Shown here piece by piece: positions 29,064 through 39,229 of a stretch of DNA of 63,493 nt. Source of the stretch: Rhodospirillales bacterium (GTDB taxonomy: Bacteria; Pseudomonadota; Alphaproteobacteria; Acetobacterales; Acetobacteraceae); NCBI GenBank assembly GCA_025351925.1, contig JANXVC010000105.1:1-63493 (forward strand), written 5' to 3'. The position numbers were made by a program, and so were the translations under genes. Position 1 is the first letter of the stretch. Every line of letters begins with the position of its first letter. Below the pieces are notes generated by a model. That model ran no database searches. It was given only the letters and a program-made list of their open reading frames with translations, and was not told the DNA's origin.

Positions 29064-30022
29064 TGGTTGATCCCGTGACAGACATCGGGGGGGCTTCGGC
29101 CCCCCTTTCTACTTTGGCCCTCCCTGCCGAGGCACGCGATTGGTTCGCTATGCTGAAGCCTCGGGTCATCACCCTGGTGGTGTTCACCGGCTTTGTCGGG
29201 CTGCTGCTCGCGCCCGGCCCCTTGCACCCCGTGCTGGCGCTGGCGGCGGTGCTGTGCATCGCAGTCGGGGCGGGCGCGGCGGGTGCTGTTAACATGTGGT
29301 ATGACCGCGACATCGACGCCATCATGCGCCGCACGGCAAAGCGCCCGATCCCGGGCGGGCGTATCGCCGCTGGGGAGGCACTGGGCTTCGGCGTCACTCT
29401 TGGTGTCGCCTCGGTAATCGTCATGGGACTGGCGACCAACTGGGCAGCCGCCGGGCTGCTTGCGCTCTCGATCCTATTTTACGTTTTTGTTTACACGATG
29501 TGGCTGAAACGCCGCACGCCGCAGAACATTGTCATTGGCGGCGCTGCCGGAGCGTTCCCACCGGTCATCGGCTGGGCCGCGGTGACCGGCAGCGTGGACG
29601 TCATGCCGCTGCTGCTGTTCGCCATCATATTTTTCTGGACGCCGCCGCATTTCTGGGCGCTGTCGCTCTATGCGTGCGAGGATTATGAACGGGCTGGCGT
29701 GCCGATGCTGCCCGTTACGTCCGGCGCGCGGGCAACGCGGCAGCACGTCGTCTATTACACCATTGCGCTGGTCGTCGTGTCCCTGCTGCCGTGGGTTTTG
29801 GGTTACGCCGGGCCGGTCTATGGCGTCTCTGCAATTGGCTTGGGCGTATGGTTCATGATTGCCGCCCTGCGCTTGCTTTGGGATAAGCAAGATAGTGCCG
29901 GTGTTAGTCTAACCCGTGATGCGCCGGCACGCTGGACCTTTCGCGTTTCCCTCGTTTACCTGTTTGCACTGTTTACCATGCTCGCGCTCGATCACCTTTT
30001 GCCGGTGCCACATCTTGGATGA
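29063..30022 (+). CDS. ctaB: Protohaem IX farnesyltransferase (haem o synthase)
   Basis: [42 protein letters not shown]; TAATG overlap. Confidence 0.95.
   Translation: MVDPVTDIGGASAPLSTLALPAEARDWFAMLKPRVITLVVFTGFVGLLLAPGPLHPVLALAAVLCIAVGAGAAGAVNMWYDRDIDAIMRRTAKRPIPGGRIAAGEALGFGVTLGVASVIVMGLATNWAAAGLLALSILFYVFVYTMWLKRRTPQNIVIGGAAGAFPPVIGWAAVTGSVDVMPLLLFAIIFFWTPPHFWALSLYACEDYERAGVPMLPVTSGARATRQHVVYYTIALVVVSLLPWVLGYAGPVYGVSAIGLGVWFMIAALRLLWDKQDSAGVSLTRDAPARWTFRVSLVYLFALFTMLALDHLLPVPHLG
29088..29114 (+). terminator. cUUCGg hairpin plus U-rich tail just after coxA, within the 5' end of ctaB
   Basis: GGGGGG-C-TTCG-G-CCCCCC followed by TTTCTACTTT. Confidence 0.6.
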
Positions 30023-30164
30023 TTTCCCGACACCGCTCTCCCCGATCGAGGCGACCGAACTGCGTCGGCGGCAACGCGGCAAAAATATCGCGTTGCTGGT
30101 TGTCCTGATCGGGATGGCGGCGCTGTTCTACGCGATCTCCATGGTGCGCTTCAAAGTCTCCTGA
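30015..30164 (+). CDS. Small membrane protein of the cox operon (CoxF-like)
   Basis: TTG start; [30 protein letters not shown], typical of the small ORF between ctaB and ctaG. Confidence 0.7.
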   Translation: MDDFPTPLSPIEATELRRRQRGKNIALLVVLIGMAALFYAISMVRFKVS

Positions 30165-30205
30165 CAACGGCTTGTTGCCGGACAGGCGATGCCGACATCA
30201 GCAGC

Positions 30206-30802
30206 ATGAAATCCAGAAGCAACACCCTGATGGCTGGTATCCTCGTGCTGTCAATCGGCGCCATGGCCGGCCTGTCGTTTGCCGCGGTCCCGCTATATCG
30301 CGTGTTTTGCGAGGCCACCGGCTATGCCGGTACGCCGCAGCTGCGGGGCGCTGCGGGGCCTGGCGCCACCAACCGAAGCATCACGGTCCGCTTTAATGCG
30401 ACGACCAGCCCGAACCTGCCATGGCGGTTCGTCCCGAACGAGACGGCGGTTACGGTGAAGCTGGGTGAGGACAGGCTGGCGTCCTATGTCGGGCAGAACC
30501 GCTCCGAGCACGCCATCACCGGTGTCGCGACCTATAACGTGACGCCCGAGAAGGTCGGCCGGTACTTTCACAAGACTGCTTGCTTCTGCTTCGACGAACA
30601 GACTCTGGCGCCGAAGCAGGAGATGCAGTTCCCCCTCAGCTTCTGGGTAGATCCCGCCATCGCCGCTGATCCCGACACGAGGGACGTGAGAACGATCACG
30701 CTTTCCTACACGTTTTTCCGGTCACTTGACGACGCCGCCCGCAACGGCAACCTGGCAAAGGCCGGGCCGCACGTGGGTGCCCGGGCGGACGCATCGCGCT
30801 GA
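30206..30802 (+). CDS. ctaG: Cytochrome c oxidase copper chaperone Cox11
   Basis: VPLYRVFCEATGY.G, YNVTP, CFCF motif. Confidence 0.95.
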   Translation: MKSRSNTLMAGILVLSIGAMAGLSFAAVPLYRVFCEATGYAGTPQLRGAAGPGATNRSITVRFNATTSPNLPWRFVPNETAVTVKLGEDRLASYVGQNRSEHAITGVATYNVTPEKVGRYFHKTACFCFDEQTLAPKQEMQFPLSFWVDPAIAADPDTRDVRTITLSYTFFRSLDDAARNGNLAKAGPHVGARADASR

Positions 30803-30896
30803 AACTCCGATGATGCCAGTGGCGTGTGGCGTTTATGCCTTGAACGCCGGCGCGTTTTGGCGATGATGCGCCATCTTTCGGATAGGTTCGATTAGA

Positions 30897-31787
30897 ATGA
30901 GCGACCTCCCCCTTGCGACGATAGATCCCGCGCTCGACGCGGTTCCCGCGATCGATGCACAGGACCGCAACAGCTCCGGCATGCAGCAGCCTTTCCACTT
31001 GGTGGACCCCAGCCCCTGGCCATTGCTGGGCGCACTCGGCGGCGGGCTGACGCTGTTCGGCATCATCATGGTGGCGCATTTCGGCACCTATCTGTGGCTG
31101 GGCCTTGGCCTAGCCATCGTGTTCGCGGTCATGTTCTTCTGGTGGCGCGACGTGCTGAAGGAGAGCCGCACCGCCGGCGTCCATACCCCGGTCGTGCGGA
31201 TCGGCCTGCGCTATGGCATGACGCTGTTCATCACCAGCGAGGTCATGTTCTTCGTCGGCTTCTTTTGGGCCTACTTCCATTTCGCGCTGTATCCGGCGCA
31301 CGTGTCGGGCGCTGAGCACGCGATCTGGCCGCCCGCTGGCATCCAGACTTTCGATCCGTTCCACCTGCCGCTGCTCAACACCATGATTTTGCTGCTGTCC
31401 GGCACCGCCATCACCTGGGCGCATCACGCGCTGCTGCATGGCGACCGCAAGTATCTGATCATGGGCCTCGGCTTCACCATCCTGCTCGGCCTGTCGTTCA
31501 CCACGTTCCAGGCGCTTGAATACTCCGAGGCGCCGTTCAAGTTCGCTGGCGGCGGCGTGTATCCCTCGGTATTCTTCCTCGCAACCGGCTTCCACGGCTT
31601 CCACGTGATCGTAGGCACCATCTTCCTCATTGTCTGCTGGTATCGCGCCCGCGCCAACCAATTCTCCGAAACCCGGCATTTCGGCTTTGAGGCTGCAGCC
31701 TGGTACTGGCATTTCGTTGACGTGGTGTGGCTGTTCCTGTTCGTCGCGATCTACGTCTGGGGTGCGGGGCCGACCGGCGCTGAGTAG
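30897..31787 (+). CDS. coxC: Cytochrome c oxidase subunit III
   Basis: PFHLVDPSPWP, FITSEVMFF, TGFHGFHV, AAWYWHFVDVVW. Confidence 0.96.
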   Translation: MSDLPLATIDPALDAVPAIDAQDRNSSGMQQPFHLVDPSPWPLLGALGGGLTLFGIIMVAHFGTYLWLGLGLAIVFAVMFFWWRDVLKESRTAGVHTPVVRIGLRYGMTLFITSEVMFFVGFFWAYFHFALYPAHVSGAEHAIWPPAGIQTFDPFHLPLLNTMILLLSGTAITWAHHALLHGDRKYLIMGLGFTILLGLSFTTFQALEYSEAPFKFAGGGVYPSVFFLATGFHGFHVIVGTIFLIVCWYRARANQFSETRHFGFEAAAWYWHFVDVVWLFLFVAIYVWGAGPTGAE

Positions 31788-31797
31788 CCCGACCGCC

Positions 31798-32499
31798 TTG
31801 AGGCCGCGCAGGTCGGCAGCCCGTCGCCTGCTATGGCCCGGCCTCACCACCGCCGCCATGCTGGCGCTCACCATCGGCTTGGGCGTCTGGCAAATTCAGC
31901 GCCTATCCTGGAAGACCGCGTTGCTGGCCGAGATTGACCGGGGGGAGGCTGCTCCCGCCATTCCGCTGCCCGCTGATCCGCGTCCGTTCACCAAGGTGCG
32001 GGTGACCGGACTATTGCGCCAGGATTTAGCTGCGCTCTATGGCATCGAGGTTCGCACGACGCAGGCCGGACCCGTCCTTGGCGCCTTTTTGCTCAACCCG
32101 CTGGAGCGTCCCGGGGCCGATCCGGTTATCGTGGATCGCGGATGGGTGCCGGGCGAGGCGCCGCGCGACACGACACCGGTTCCGGCCACGGTCGAAGGCT
32201 ACATCCGCGCACCGGAACAGCCGATACGCTTCGGCGCTACCGACGACCCGGCCGCTCGGCGGTTCTATGCGCTCGACCCCGCGGCGATCGGCGCGTCACT
32301 CGGATTGCAGCGGGTGGCGCCTTATACCCTGGTCGCGCTGGGGAGCGCAGCCGCCGGCGTTCTTCCAGAGCCCGCCTTGGCCCTCCCGCGCCCGGCCAAC
32401 AATCACTTCATCTACGCCCTGACCTGGTTCGGCCTGGCCGGAGCGTTGCTGGCCGTGTTCGGCGTCTATGCCCGCAAATCCCTGAAGGTCCAGCCATGA
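31798..32499 (+). CDS. SURF1 family protein
   Basis: LGVWQIQRL.WK, VDRGWVP, NNHFIYALTWFGLA. Start uncertain. Confidence 0.9.
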   Translation: MRPRRSAARRLLWPGLTTAAMLALTIGLGVWQIQRLSWKTALLAEIDRGEAAPAIPLPADPRPFTKVRVTGLLRQDLAALYGIEVRTTQAGPVLGAFLLNPLERPGADPVIVDRGWVPGEAPRDTTPVPATVEGYIRAPEQPIRFGATDDPAARRFYALDPAAIGASLGLQRVAPYTLVALGSAAAGVLPEPALALPRPANNHFIYALTWFGLAGALLAVFGVYARKSLKVQP

Positions 32500-33980
32500 C
32501 CGCTTATGCCCGCCTGACGGCCCGGTTTGCCCGCATCGCCACGATTGGCGAGGCTTCGTCCGTGCTCGGATGGGATGCTTCCGCCATGATGCCGCCGGGC
32601 GGCGGTGCGGCCCGTGGCGATCAGCTCGCGGTGCTGGCCGGTCTGGCGCACGGCCTGCTGACTGCGCCGGAGGCCGCCGACGACCTGGCTCAGGCCCATG
32701 CCGGCGATGACGCATGGGACACTGCCAATCTGGGCCTGATGCGGCACGCTCATATCCGCGCGACCGCCGTGCCGGCCGACCTGGTGGAGGCGCAGGCCCG
32801 CGCCAACTCTGCCTGTGAGAAGGTATGGCGGGAGGCACGCCGCACCTCGGATTTCGCGGCGGTGTCACCCTATTTGGTCGAGGTCGTGTCGCTGGTGCGT
32901 CAGTCCGCCGACGCCATGGCGCCGGCGCTCGGGCTGTCGCCCTACGACGCATTGATGGACGGCTATCAGCGCGGCATCGGCGCCGCTGACGTCGCCCCGG
33001 TGTTCTCCCGTTACGAGACATTCCTGCGCGACGCGCTGCCGCGGGCCGAGGAACGCCAGGCGCGGCAGTCCCCGCCCTTGGCGCTGCCCGGCGTGTTCCC
33101 GGCCGATCGGCAGGAGGGCCTGTGCCGCCACTTATCCGCGCGTGCCGGGCTGGAGTTCGACCACGCGCGGCTCGACCGTTCGACCCATCCGTTCTGCGGC
33201 GGCACGCCCACTGACGTGCGGATCACCACGCGCTACGACGAGGCTGACCCGGCCCAGGCGCTGATGGGCGTGCTGCATGAGACCGGTCATGCATTGTATG
33301 AGCGCGGATTGCCCGAGGGCTATGCCCGCCAGCCGGTCGGCGAGGCGGCCGGCATGGCGGCGCATGAGAGCCAGTCGCTGATTGTCGAGATGCAGTCCTG
33401 CCGGTCCGATCCGTTCCTCGCTTGGCTCGGCCCGGAGCTGCACGGCGCCTTTGGCGGTGCTCCGGAGCCCTACGCTCCCGCCAACCTGTCCCGGCTGTGG
33501 CGCCGCATCGAACGCGGCTTCATCCGGGTCGATGCCGACGAGATGACCTATCCGGCCCACGTCATCCTGCGCTTTCGACTGGAGCAGGCGCTGGTCGCCG
33601 GTGATTTGCAGGTCGCGGATCTGCCGGGTGCGTGGCGGGATGGCATGATGGCGCTGCTGGGCGTGACGCCGCCGGACGATGCGCGCGGCTGTCTGCAGGA
33701 TATCCATTGGTATGACGGCGGCTTCGGCTACTTCCCGAGCTACACCTTGGGCGCCATGGCGGCGGCGCAGCTCATGGCGGCGGCGCGGCGGGACGTGGCC
33801 GACCTTGACGCCGGGCTGGGCCGCGGCGATTTGGGACCGCTGGTCGGCTGGCTGCGGCGGCATGTGCACAGCCAGGGTAGCCGGCTCGGCTTCAATGACC
33901 TGCTGCGCGCGGCGACCGGCAAGCCGCTGGACCCCGCGGACTTCGAGGCGCATCTCACGGCGCGCTATCTGACGGATTAG
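32496..33980 (+). CDS. Carboxypeptidase, family M32
   Basis: HPFC, DVRITTRY, HETGH, HESQS, IRVDADE, GCLQDIHW, GYFPSY. Confidence 0.95.
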   Translation: MTAYARLTARFARIATIGEASSVLGWDASAMMPPGGGAARGDQLAVLAGLAHGLLTAPEAADDLAQAHAGDDAWDTANLGLMRHAHIRATAVPADLVEAQARANSACEKVWREARRTSDFAAVSPYLVEVVSLVRQSADAMAPALGLSPYDALMDGYQRGIGAADVAPVFSRYETFLRDALPRAEERQARQSPPLALPGVFPADRQEGLCRHLSARAGLEFDHARLDRSTHPFCGGTPTDVRITTRYDEADPAQALMGVLHETGHALYERGLPEGYARQPVGEAAGMAAHESQSLIVEMQSCRSDPFLAWLGPELHGAFGGAPEPYAPANLSRLWRRIERGFIRVDADEMTYPAHVILRFRLEQALVAGDLQVADLPGAWRDGMMALLGVTPPDDARGCLQDIHWYDGGFGYFPSYTLGAMAAAQLMAAARRDVADLDAGLGRGDLGPLVGWLRRHVHSQGSRLGFNDLLRAATGKPLDPADFEAHLTARYLTD

Positions 33981-34051
33981 CGCTGGAAACGTGCCTAGTC
34001 TCCGGCGGCCCAAACCTGCTAGTCAGCCCGCCATACCTAGGAGGACCCGCC

Positions 34052-34351
34052 ATGGCCGATGCGAACACCACCACCATCGACCTCGACCAGACAGAGGTTG
34101 CGCTGATCATCGGCGAGGAGGACGGGTCCATGACCATCCGCGTCGTCCCGGCGCGCGAGCTGGAGGATGGCACGACCGACGTGCCTGAGCCGCACGAGAT
34201 TGCCATAGCACTCGCCATGCGTCTGCTGAACGACCCGGATTTCCACGACAGCGTGCTGGATTGGTACGAGGGCCAGGACGATGAGGAGGATGCCGACGAG
34301 GTGATGGACACGTCCGACGAGGACGAGGATAAGACGAAGCCCCGGGACTGA
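34052..34351 (+). CDS. Small acidic hypothetical protein
   Basis: Strong AGGAGG RBS, host-like codons, D/E-rich tail. Confidence 0.7.
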   Translation: MADANTTTIDLDQTEVALIIGEEDGSMTIRVVPARELEDGTTDVPEPHEIAIALAMRLLNDPDFHDSVLDWYEGQDDEEDADEVMDTSDEDEDKTKPRD

Positions 34352-34407
34352 CCCGACCGGGAAGCTGGGGGTTGGATCGGCCGCCGCCGCCCTCTACTAT
34401 CGGCGCT

Positions 34408-35805
34408 ATGCGTTACATCTCCACCCGCGGGCAAGCGCCCGTTCGCGACTTCGCCGGCGTGCTCTTGGCCGGGCTGGCCGAGGATGGCGGCCTGTATATA
34501 CCCGAGACCTGGCCGCGCTGGTCGCCGGCCGATCTGCGGGGTTTACGCGGCTTGCCGTACTGCGAGCTCGCCGCCCGCGTGCTGGCGCCGTTCGTCGGCG
34601 CGTGCATCCCGTTCGCCACGCTGCAGGCCATGTGCCGGGACGCCTATGCCGGCTTCGGCCACCCGGCCGTCGTGCCGCTGGTGCAGCTCGACGCCAATCT
34701 TTGGGCGCAGGAGCTGTTCCATGGGCCGACGCTCGCCTTCAAGGACGTGGCGATGCAGCTGCTGGGCCGCATGTTCGCCTACGTGCTGCAACAGCAGAAC
34801 CAGCACGTGACGATCGTCGGCGCCACGTCGGGCGACACCGGCTCGGCAGCGATCGAGGCCTGTCGCGACCGGCCCGGCATCGACGTGGTGATCCTGCATC
34901 CCGAGGGCCGCACCAGCGAGGTGCAGCGGCGGCAGATGACGACGGTGCACGCGAGAAACGTCGCCAACATCGCAGTCGCTGGCACCTTCGACGATTGCCA
35001 GGACCTGGTGAAGGCGATGTTCGCCGACGTGCCGTTCCGTAGGGATCTGCACCTCTCGGCGGTGAACAGCATCAACTGGGCGCGTATCGCAGCGCAGATT
35101 CCCTATTATATCGCCGCTGCCCTGGCACTCGGCGCGCCGGAGCGGGAGGTCGCGTTCAGCGTCCCCACCGGCAATTTCGGCAACGTGCTGGCAGCCTGGG
35201 CAGCCCGGCGCATGGGGGTGCCGATCGCCCGCCTGGTGGTCGCGAGCAACCGCAACGACATTCTGGCGCGCTTCCTGGAAAGCAACGACATGTCTATCCA
35301 GGGCGTGGAGCCGAGCCTGTCGCCCAGCATGGACATCCAGGTCAGCAGCAATTTCGAGCGCCTGCTGTTCGAGCTGCTGGACCGCGACCCCGCCGCTACG
35401 GCCGCCACCATGCAGGGTTTTCGCGCGACCGGTCGCATGGACGTGCCAAGGGCGGCCTGGACCCGCGCCCGCACATTGTTCCACGGCTTCCGGCTGGACG
35501 ACGCAGGCACCGAGGCCGAGATACGGCGGCTGCACGGCCTCGGTTACCTCGCCGACCCGCATACCGCGATCGGCATCGCCGCCGCCCGGGCGTTGCCGTG
35601 CCCGCATCTTCCCATGGTGGTCGCCGCCACCGCGCACCCGGCCAAGTTCCCGGACGCCATCGAGCGCGCCACCGGCCTGCGCCCGGCGCTGCCGCCGCGG
35701 CTTGCCGACCTGTTCGACCGCACCGAGATATACACCAGGGCCCCCAACAGCCTCGACGCCGTCGAGGCGCAGGTCCGCGCCTTCAGCCTCAGGAATGCCG
35801 CATGA
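34408..35805 (+). CDS. thrC: Threonine synthase
   Basis: MRYISTRG, LFHGPTLAFKD, ATSGDTG, VPTGNFGN, TAHPAKF. Confidence 0.97.
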   Translation: MRYISTRGQAPVRDFAGVLLAGLAEDGGLYIPETWPRWSPADLRGLRGLPYCELAARVLAPFVGACIPFATLQAMCRDAYAGFGHPAVVPLVQLDANLWAQELFHGPTLAFKDVAMQLLGRMFAYVLQQQNQHVTIVGATSGDTGSAAIEACRDRPGIDVVILHPEGRTSEVQRRQMTTVHARNVANIAVAGTFDDCQDLVKAMFADVPFRRDLHLSAVNSINWARIAAQIPYYIAAALALGAPEREVAFSVPTGNFGNVLAAWAARRMGVPIARLVVASNRNDILARFLESNDMSIQGVEPSLSPSMDIQVSSNFERLLFELLDRDPAATAATMQGFRATGRMDVPRAAWTRARTLFHGFRLDDAGTEAEIRRLHGLGYLADPHTAIGIAAARALPCPHLPMVVAATAHPAKFPDAIERATGLRPALPPRLADLFDRTEIYTRAPNSLDAVEAQVRAFSLRNAA

Positions 35806-37067
35806 CGGACGCCATACAAGTTACACGTTTGCCCTCCGGGCTGACGGTGGTCACCGAGACGATGGAGCGGGTCGAGACCGTCTCGCTCGGCGCCTACGTC
35901 GCGACCGGCACCCGGGGTGAGACGGCGGCGGAGAATGGCGCGTCGCATTTTCTGGAGCATATGGCGTTCAAGGGCACCGCGCGCCGCAGCGCCGCCGAGA
36001 TCGCCGAGGAGATCGAGAACGTCGGCGGCCAGATCAACGCCTACACCGCCCGCGAGCAGACCGCCTACTACGTCAAGCTGCTGAAGGAGGACCTGGCGCT
36101 CGGCGCCGACATCATCGGCGACATCCTGACCCACAGCGCCTTCGCGCCCGAGGAGCTGGAGCGCGAGCGCGGCGTGATCCTGCAGGAAATCGGCCAGGCG
36201 AACGACACGCCGGACGACATCATCTTCGACCGCTTTCAGGAGGTTGCCTATCCCGACCAGCCGATGGGCCGCCCGGTACTGGGCACCGAGGCGGGCATTG
36301 CCGGCATGGGGCGCGAGGTGCTGACCGGCTACATGCACCGGCACTACGCGGCGGGCAATATTGTCGTCGCCGCCGCCGGGGCGCTGACGCACGACGCCGT
36401 GGTGGACCTCGCCCGCCAGCACTTCGCCGACCTGCCCTCCGCCATGCCCGGCCCGCTTGTCCCCGGCGCCTACCGCGGCGGCGAGTTCCGCGAGGCGCGC
36501 GAGCTGGACCAGGTGCATATCGTGCTTGGCTTTCCCTCCGTCGCCTATGACGACCCCGACTACTACCCGGTGCTGCTGCTGAGCACCCTGCTGGGCGGCG
36601 GCATGTCGTCGCGCCTGTTCCAAGAGATCCGCGAAAAGCGCGGGCTGGTGTACTCTATCTACTCGTTCGCTGCGCCGTTCATGGATGGCGGCCTGTTCGG
36701 CATCTACGCCGGCACCGGCGAGGCCGAGGCGGAGGAACTGGTACCGGTGACATTGGAAGAACTGCGTAAGGTGCAGCAAGGTGTCTCCGAGGCCGAGCTG
36801 CACCGCGCCCGCGCCCAGGTGAAGGCGAGCCTGTTGATGTCGCTGGAGAGCACCGGCAGCCGCTGCGAGCAGGTGGCGCGGCAAATCCAGGTGTTCGGCC
36901 GTACCGTGCCGACCGCCGAGACGGTCGCCAAGCTGAATGCCGTGACGGTCGATAGCGTGCGCCGCGCCGCGATCCGGGTGTTCCGCGCGGCGCCGACGCT
37001 TGCCGCCATGGGGCCGGCCGATAAGGTGCCGCACCTTCCGGCTATTGCGGAGAAGCTGGCGGCATGA
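35802..37067 (+). CDS. M16 (pitrilysin) family zinc peptidase
   Basis: HFLEHMAFKG (HxxEH), NAYTARE, LGGGMSSRLFQEIRE. Confidence 0.95.
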   Translation: MTDAIQVTRLPSGLTVVTETMERVETVSLGAYVATGTRGETAAENGASHFLEHMAFKGTARRSAAEIAEEIENVGGQINAYTAREQTAYYVKLLKEDLALGADIIGDILTHSAFAPEELERERGVILQEIGQANDTPDDIIFDRFQEVAYPDQPMGRPVLGTEAGIAGMGREVLTGYMHRHYAAGNIVVAAAGALTHDAVVDLARQHFADLPSAMPGPLVPGAYRGGEFREARELDQVHIVLGFPSVAYDDPDYYPVLLLSTLLGGGMSSRLFQEIREKRGLVYSIYSFAAPFMDGGLFGIYAGTGEAEAEELVPVTLEELRKVQQGVSEAELHRARAQVKASLLMSLESTGSRCEQVARQIQVFGRTVPTAETVAKLNAVTVDSVRRAAIRVFRAAPTLAAMGPADKVPHLPAIAEKLAA

Positions 37068-38392
37068 AGCAGCTTGATCTTCTGGCCGACCTGATCGGCC
37101 GGGCCAAGGCCGCCGGGGCGGACGCGGCCGACGCGATCCTGCTGTCCGGGACCTCGATCTCCGTGGAGCGCCGGCTGGGCCGGACTGAGAAGCTTGAGCA
37201 ATCCGAGGCGCGCGACCTCGGTCTGCGTGTCTTCGTGGGCAAGCGGTCGGCGATCGTATCGTCCTCCGCCGCCGATCCCGCCGGGTTCGCGGCGCTGGCG
37301 GAGCGCGCGGTGGCCATGGCGCGCGTGGTGCCGGAGGACCCGTATGGCGGCCTGCCGGAGCAGGCGTCGGCGCCCGAGCTGATGGCGCTGGACATCAACG
37401 ACCCGGCGGAACCCGATGCGGCGGCGCTGGTCGCTCGCGCGTCCATTGCCGAGGAGGCCGCCCTTGCCGTACACGGCGTGACGAACTCCGAGGGCGCGGA
37501 GGCGTCCCACAGCCGGTCGGATGTGGCGCTGATGACATCGGCCGGGTTTGCCGGGCAGTACTCGCGTACGTCGCATTCGGTGTCTGCCGTAGCGCTCGCC
37601 GGGGCGGGGACGGATATGCAGCGGGATTACGACGTCGCCTCGTCCGTGCATCTGGCAGACCTGGAGGACGCGGCAGCGATCGGCCACACGGCGGGGACCC
37701 GGGCCGTGGCGCGAATGAACCCGCGCCGGGCCCGGACGGCGCGGCTGCCTGTGGTGTATGACCCGCGTGTCGCCAGCAGCCTGCTGAACCATCTGACCGC
37801 CGCGATCAATGGCGCCACCATCGTGCGCGGCACCAGCTTTCTCAAGGATATGCTGGGTCAGGCGGTGTTCGCGGCCGGCATTCAGGTGCACGACGACCCG
37901 CGCCGGCTGCGCGGCCTGCGCTCCAAGCCGTTCGACGCCGAGGGCGTGCCGACGGGTCCCCACGCCATCGTGCAGGACGGCGTGCTGACGACGTGGCTGC
38001 TGGACAGCCGCAGTGCCCGGCAATTGGGGCTGCGTTCGACCGGGCATGCGGTACGCGGCACGAGCAGCCCGCCGTCGCCGTCGCCGACCAACCTGTTCAT
38101 GGGGGCCGGCACGCTGTCGCCCGCCGCGTTGATGGCGGACATCCGCGAGGGATTGTATGTGACCGAGCTGATCGGCATGGGCGTGAACGGCATTACTGGC
38201 GACTATAGTCGGGGTGCGGCCGGGTTCATGATCCGCGACGGCGCGTTGGCGGAGCCGGTGGCGGAGATCACGATCGCCGGGTCGCTGCTGGCGATGTTCC
38301 GGGAGCTGACCCCGGCCAACGATCTGGTGCTGCGGCGCGGGACGGATGCGCCGACGGTGCGGATCGATGGAATGACTCTGGCGGGGGCTTAG
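37064..38392 (+). CDS. pmbA: TldD/PmbA family protein (PmbA/TldE type)
   Basis: PFDAEG, GMGVNGITGDYSRGAAG, EITIAG. Confidence 0.88.
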   Translation: MKQLDLLADLIGRAKAAGADAADAILLSGTSISVERRLGRTEKLEQSEARDLGLRVFVGKRSAIVSSSAADPAGFAALAERAVAMARVVPEDPYGGLPEQASAPELMALDINDPAEPDAAALVARASIAEEAALAVHGVTNSEGAEASHSRSDVALMTSAGFAGQYSRTSHSVSAVALAGAGTDMQRDYDVASSVHLADLEDAAAIGHTAGTRAVARMNPRRARTARLPVVYDPRVASSLLNHLTAAINGATIVRGTSFLKDMLGQAVFAAGIQVHDDPRRLRGLRSKPFDAEGVPTGPHAIVQDGVLTTWLLDSRSARQLGLRSTGHAVRGTSSPPSPSPTNLFMGAGTLSPAALMADIREGLYVTELIGMGVNGITGDYSRGAAGFMIRDGALAEPVAEITIAGSLLAMFRELTPANDLVLRRGTDAPTVRIDGMTLAGA

Positions 38393-38470
38393 GACTGGCG
38401 CGAGACGGATCTTGAGTTGGGAGAGGCGGGAGCCAGTGCTTAACTCGATGCTTGCTATCCAGACGTCGCA

Positions 38471-39139
38471 TTAAGAATGCCAATCGACGTTGGACTGCTC
38501 ATGACTGCCGCCAGTCCGATAATGACCAGTATAACAATCTGCCCATGCTGAACTGTTGAAAAACTTACCTAGTAAAATTGCAAGAAGCCCGCCAACCGCA
38601 GCGATGATGATTTGCCCTAGTGGGCTTTTGACAAAGCTATTATCCCAGTTTTTGATTTCAGGATTGTTATTGATGGTCTGCTCGATCTTGTCGATTCTTA
38701 TATCGCGCCCGGCGTTCATTGAACCGATCGACTGAGCATTGGTTTGTTGGTTGAAGCGGTCCACCCGCGCCCTTGCTAGAGCTTCCTTCAACGCCGTTGC
38801 GAGATTGCGCCGCTCACTATCCAAAAAGAAGGTAAATAGCAGGAAGAATGCCGCGCACAGCCCTATTGGACTAAGCAGTGCCAGATACCAGAACTCCGGG
38901 GGAGCGTCAGGCAGCCAAAACCATACCCGCGTCGGGAAGAAAGGGCTGTTGACCACATTGAGAATGCCACTCTGGAGCACGTTGCAGAGGTGCTGAGCAG
39001 GCCCGCAGCCTTGCGCTCCGTTCAGGGTAATGAAGCCCTTCGCGATGGCTGTGAGCAAAATAATGACTGTTGCGATCCGCAGCGCCCAAGCCAGCAAAAG
39101 ATACACGGTGATCCTGAGTCAAGCCTGATTGTATGTCAT
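38471..39139 (-). pseudogene. YniB-like membrane protein gene with in-frame TGA at codon 7 (intact ORF from GTG 39106)
   Basis: ATG 39139 after GGGGCAGGA reads MTYNQA*LRITVYLLLAWAL, in frame with the 38471..39106 ORF; resembles enterobacterial YniB (MTYQQA...) from memory; visibly AT-richer than flanks. Confidence 0.55.
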
Positions 39140-39229
39140 TCCTGCCCCACTAATAGTAGGTAGCTGAGCGGTCATTCGCCGGGCGCGTGCTGGGCCAAGC
39201 GGTAGCGTGGACGGCGCGGGGGCTTGGCT

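Noticed and set aside
27615-37034. Long antisense ORFs (27615..29033, 35544..37034) and similar ones at 21738..23450, 51297..52688 and 413..1606
   Set aside because: They mirror well-supported genes on the other strand; codon-bias artefacts.
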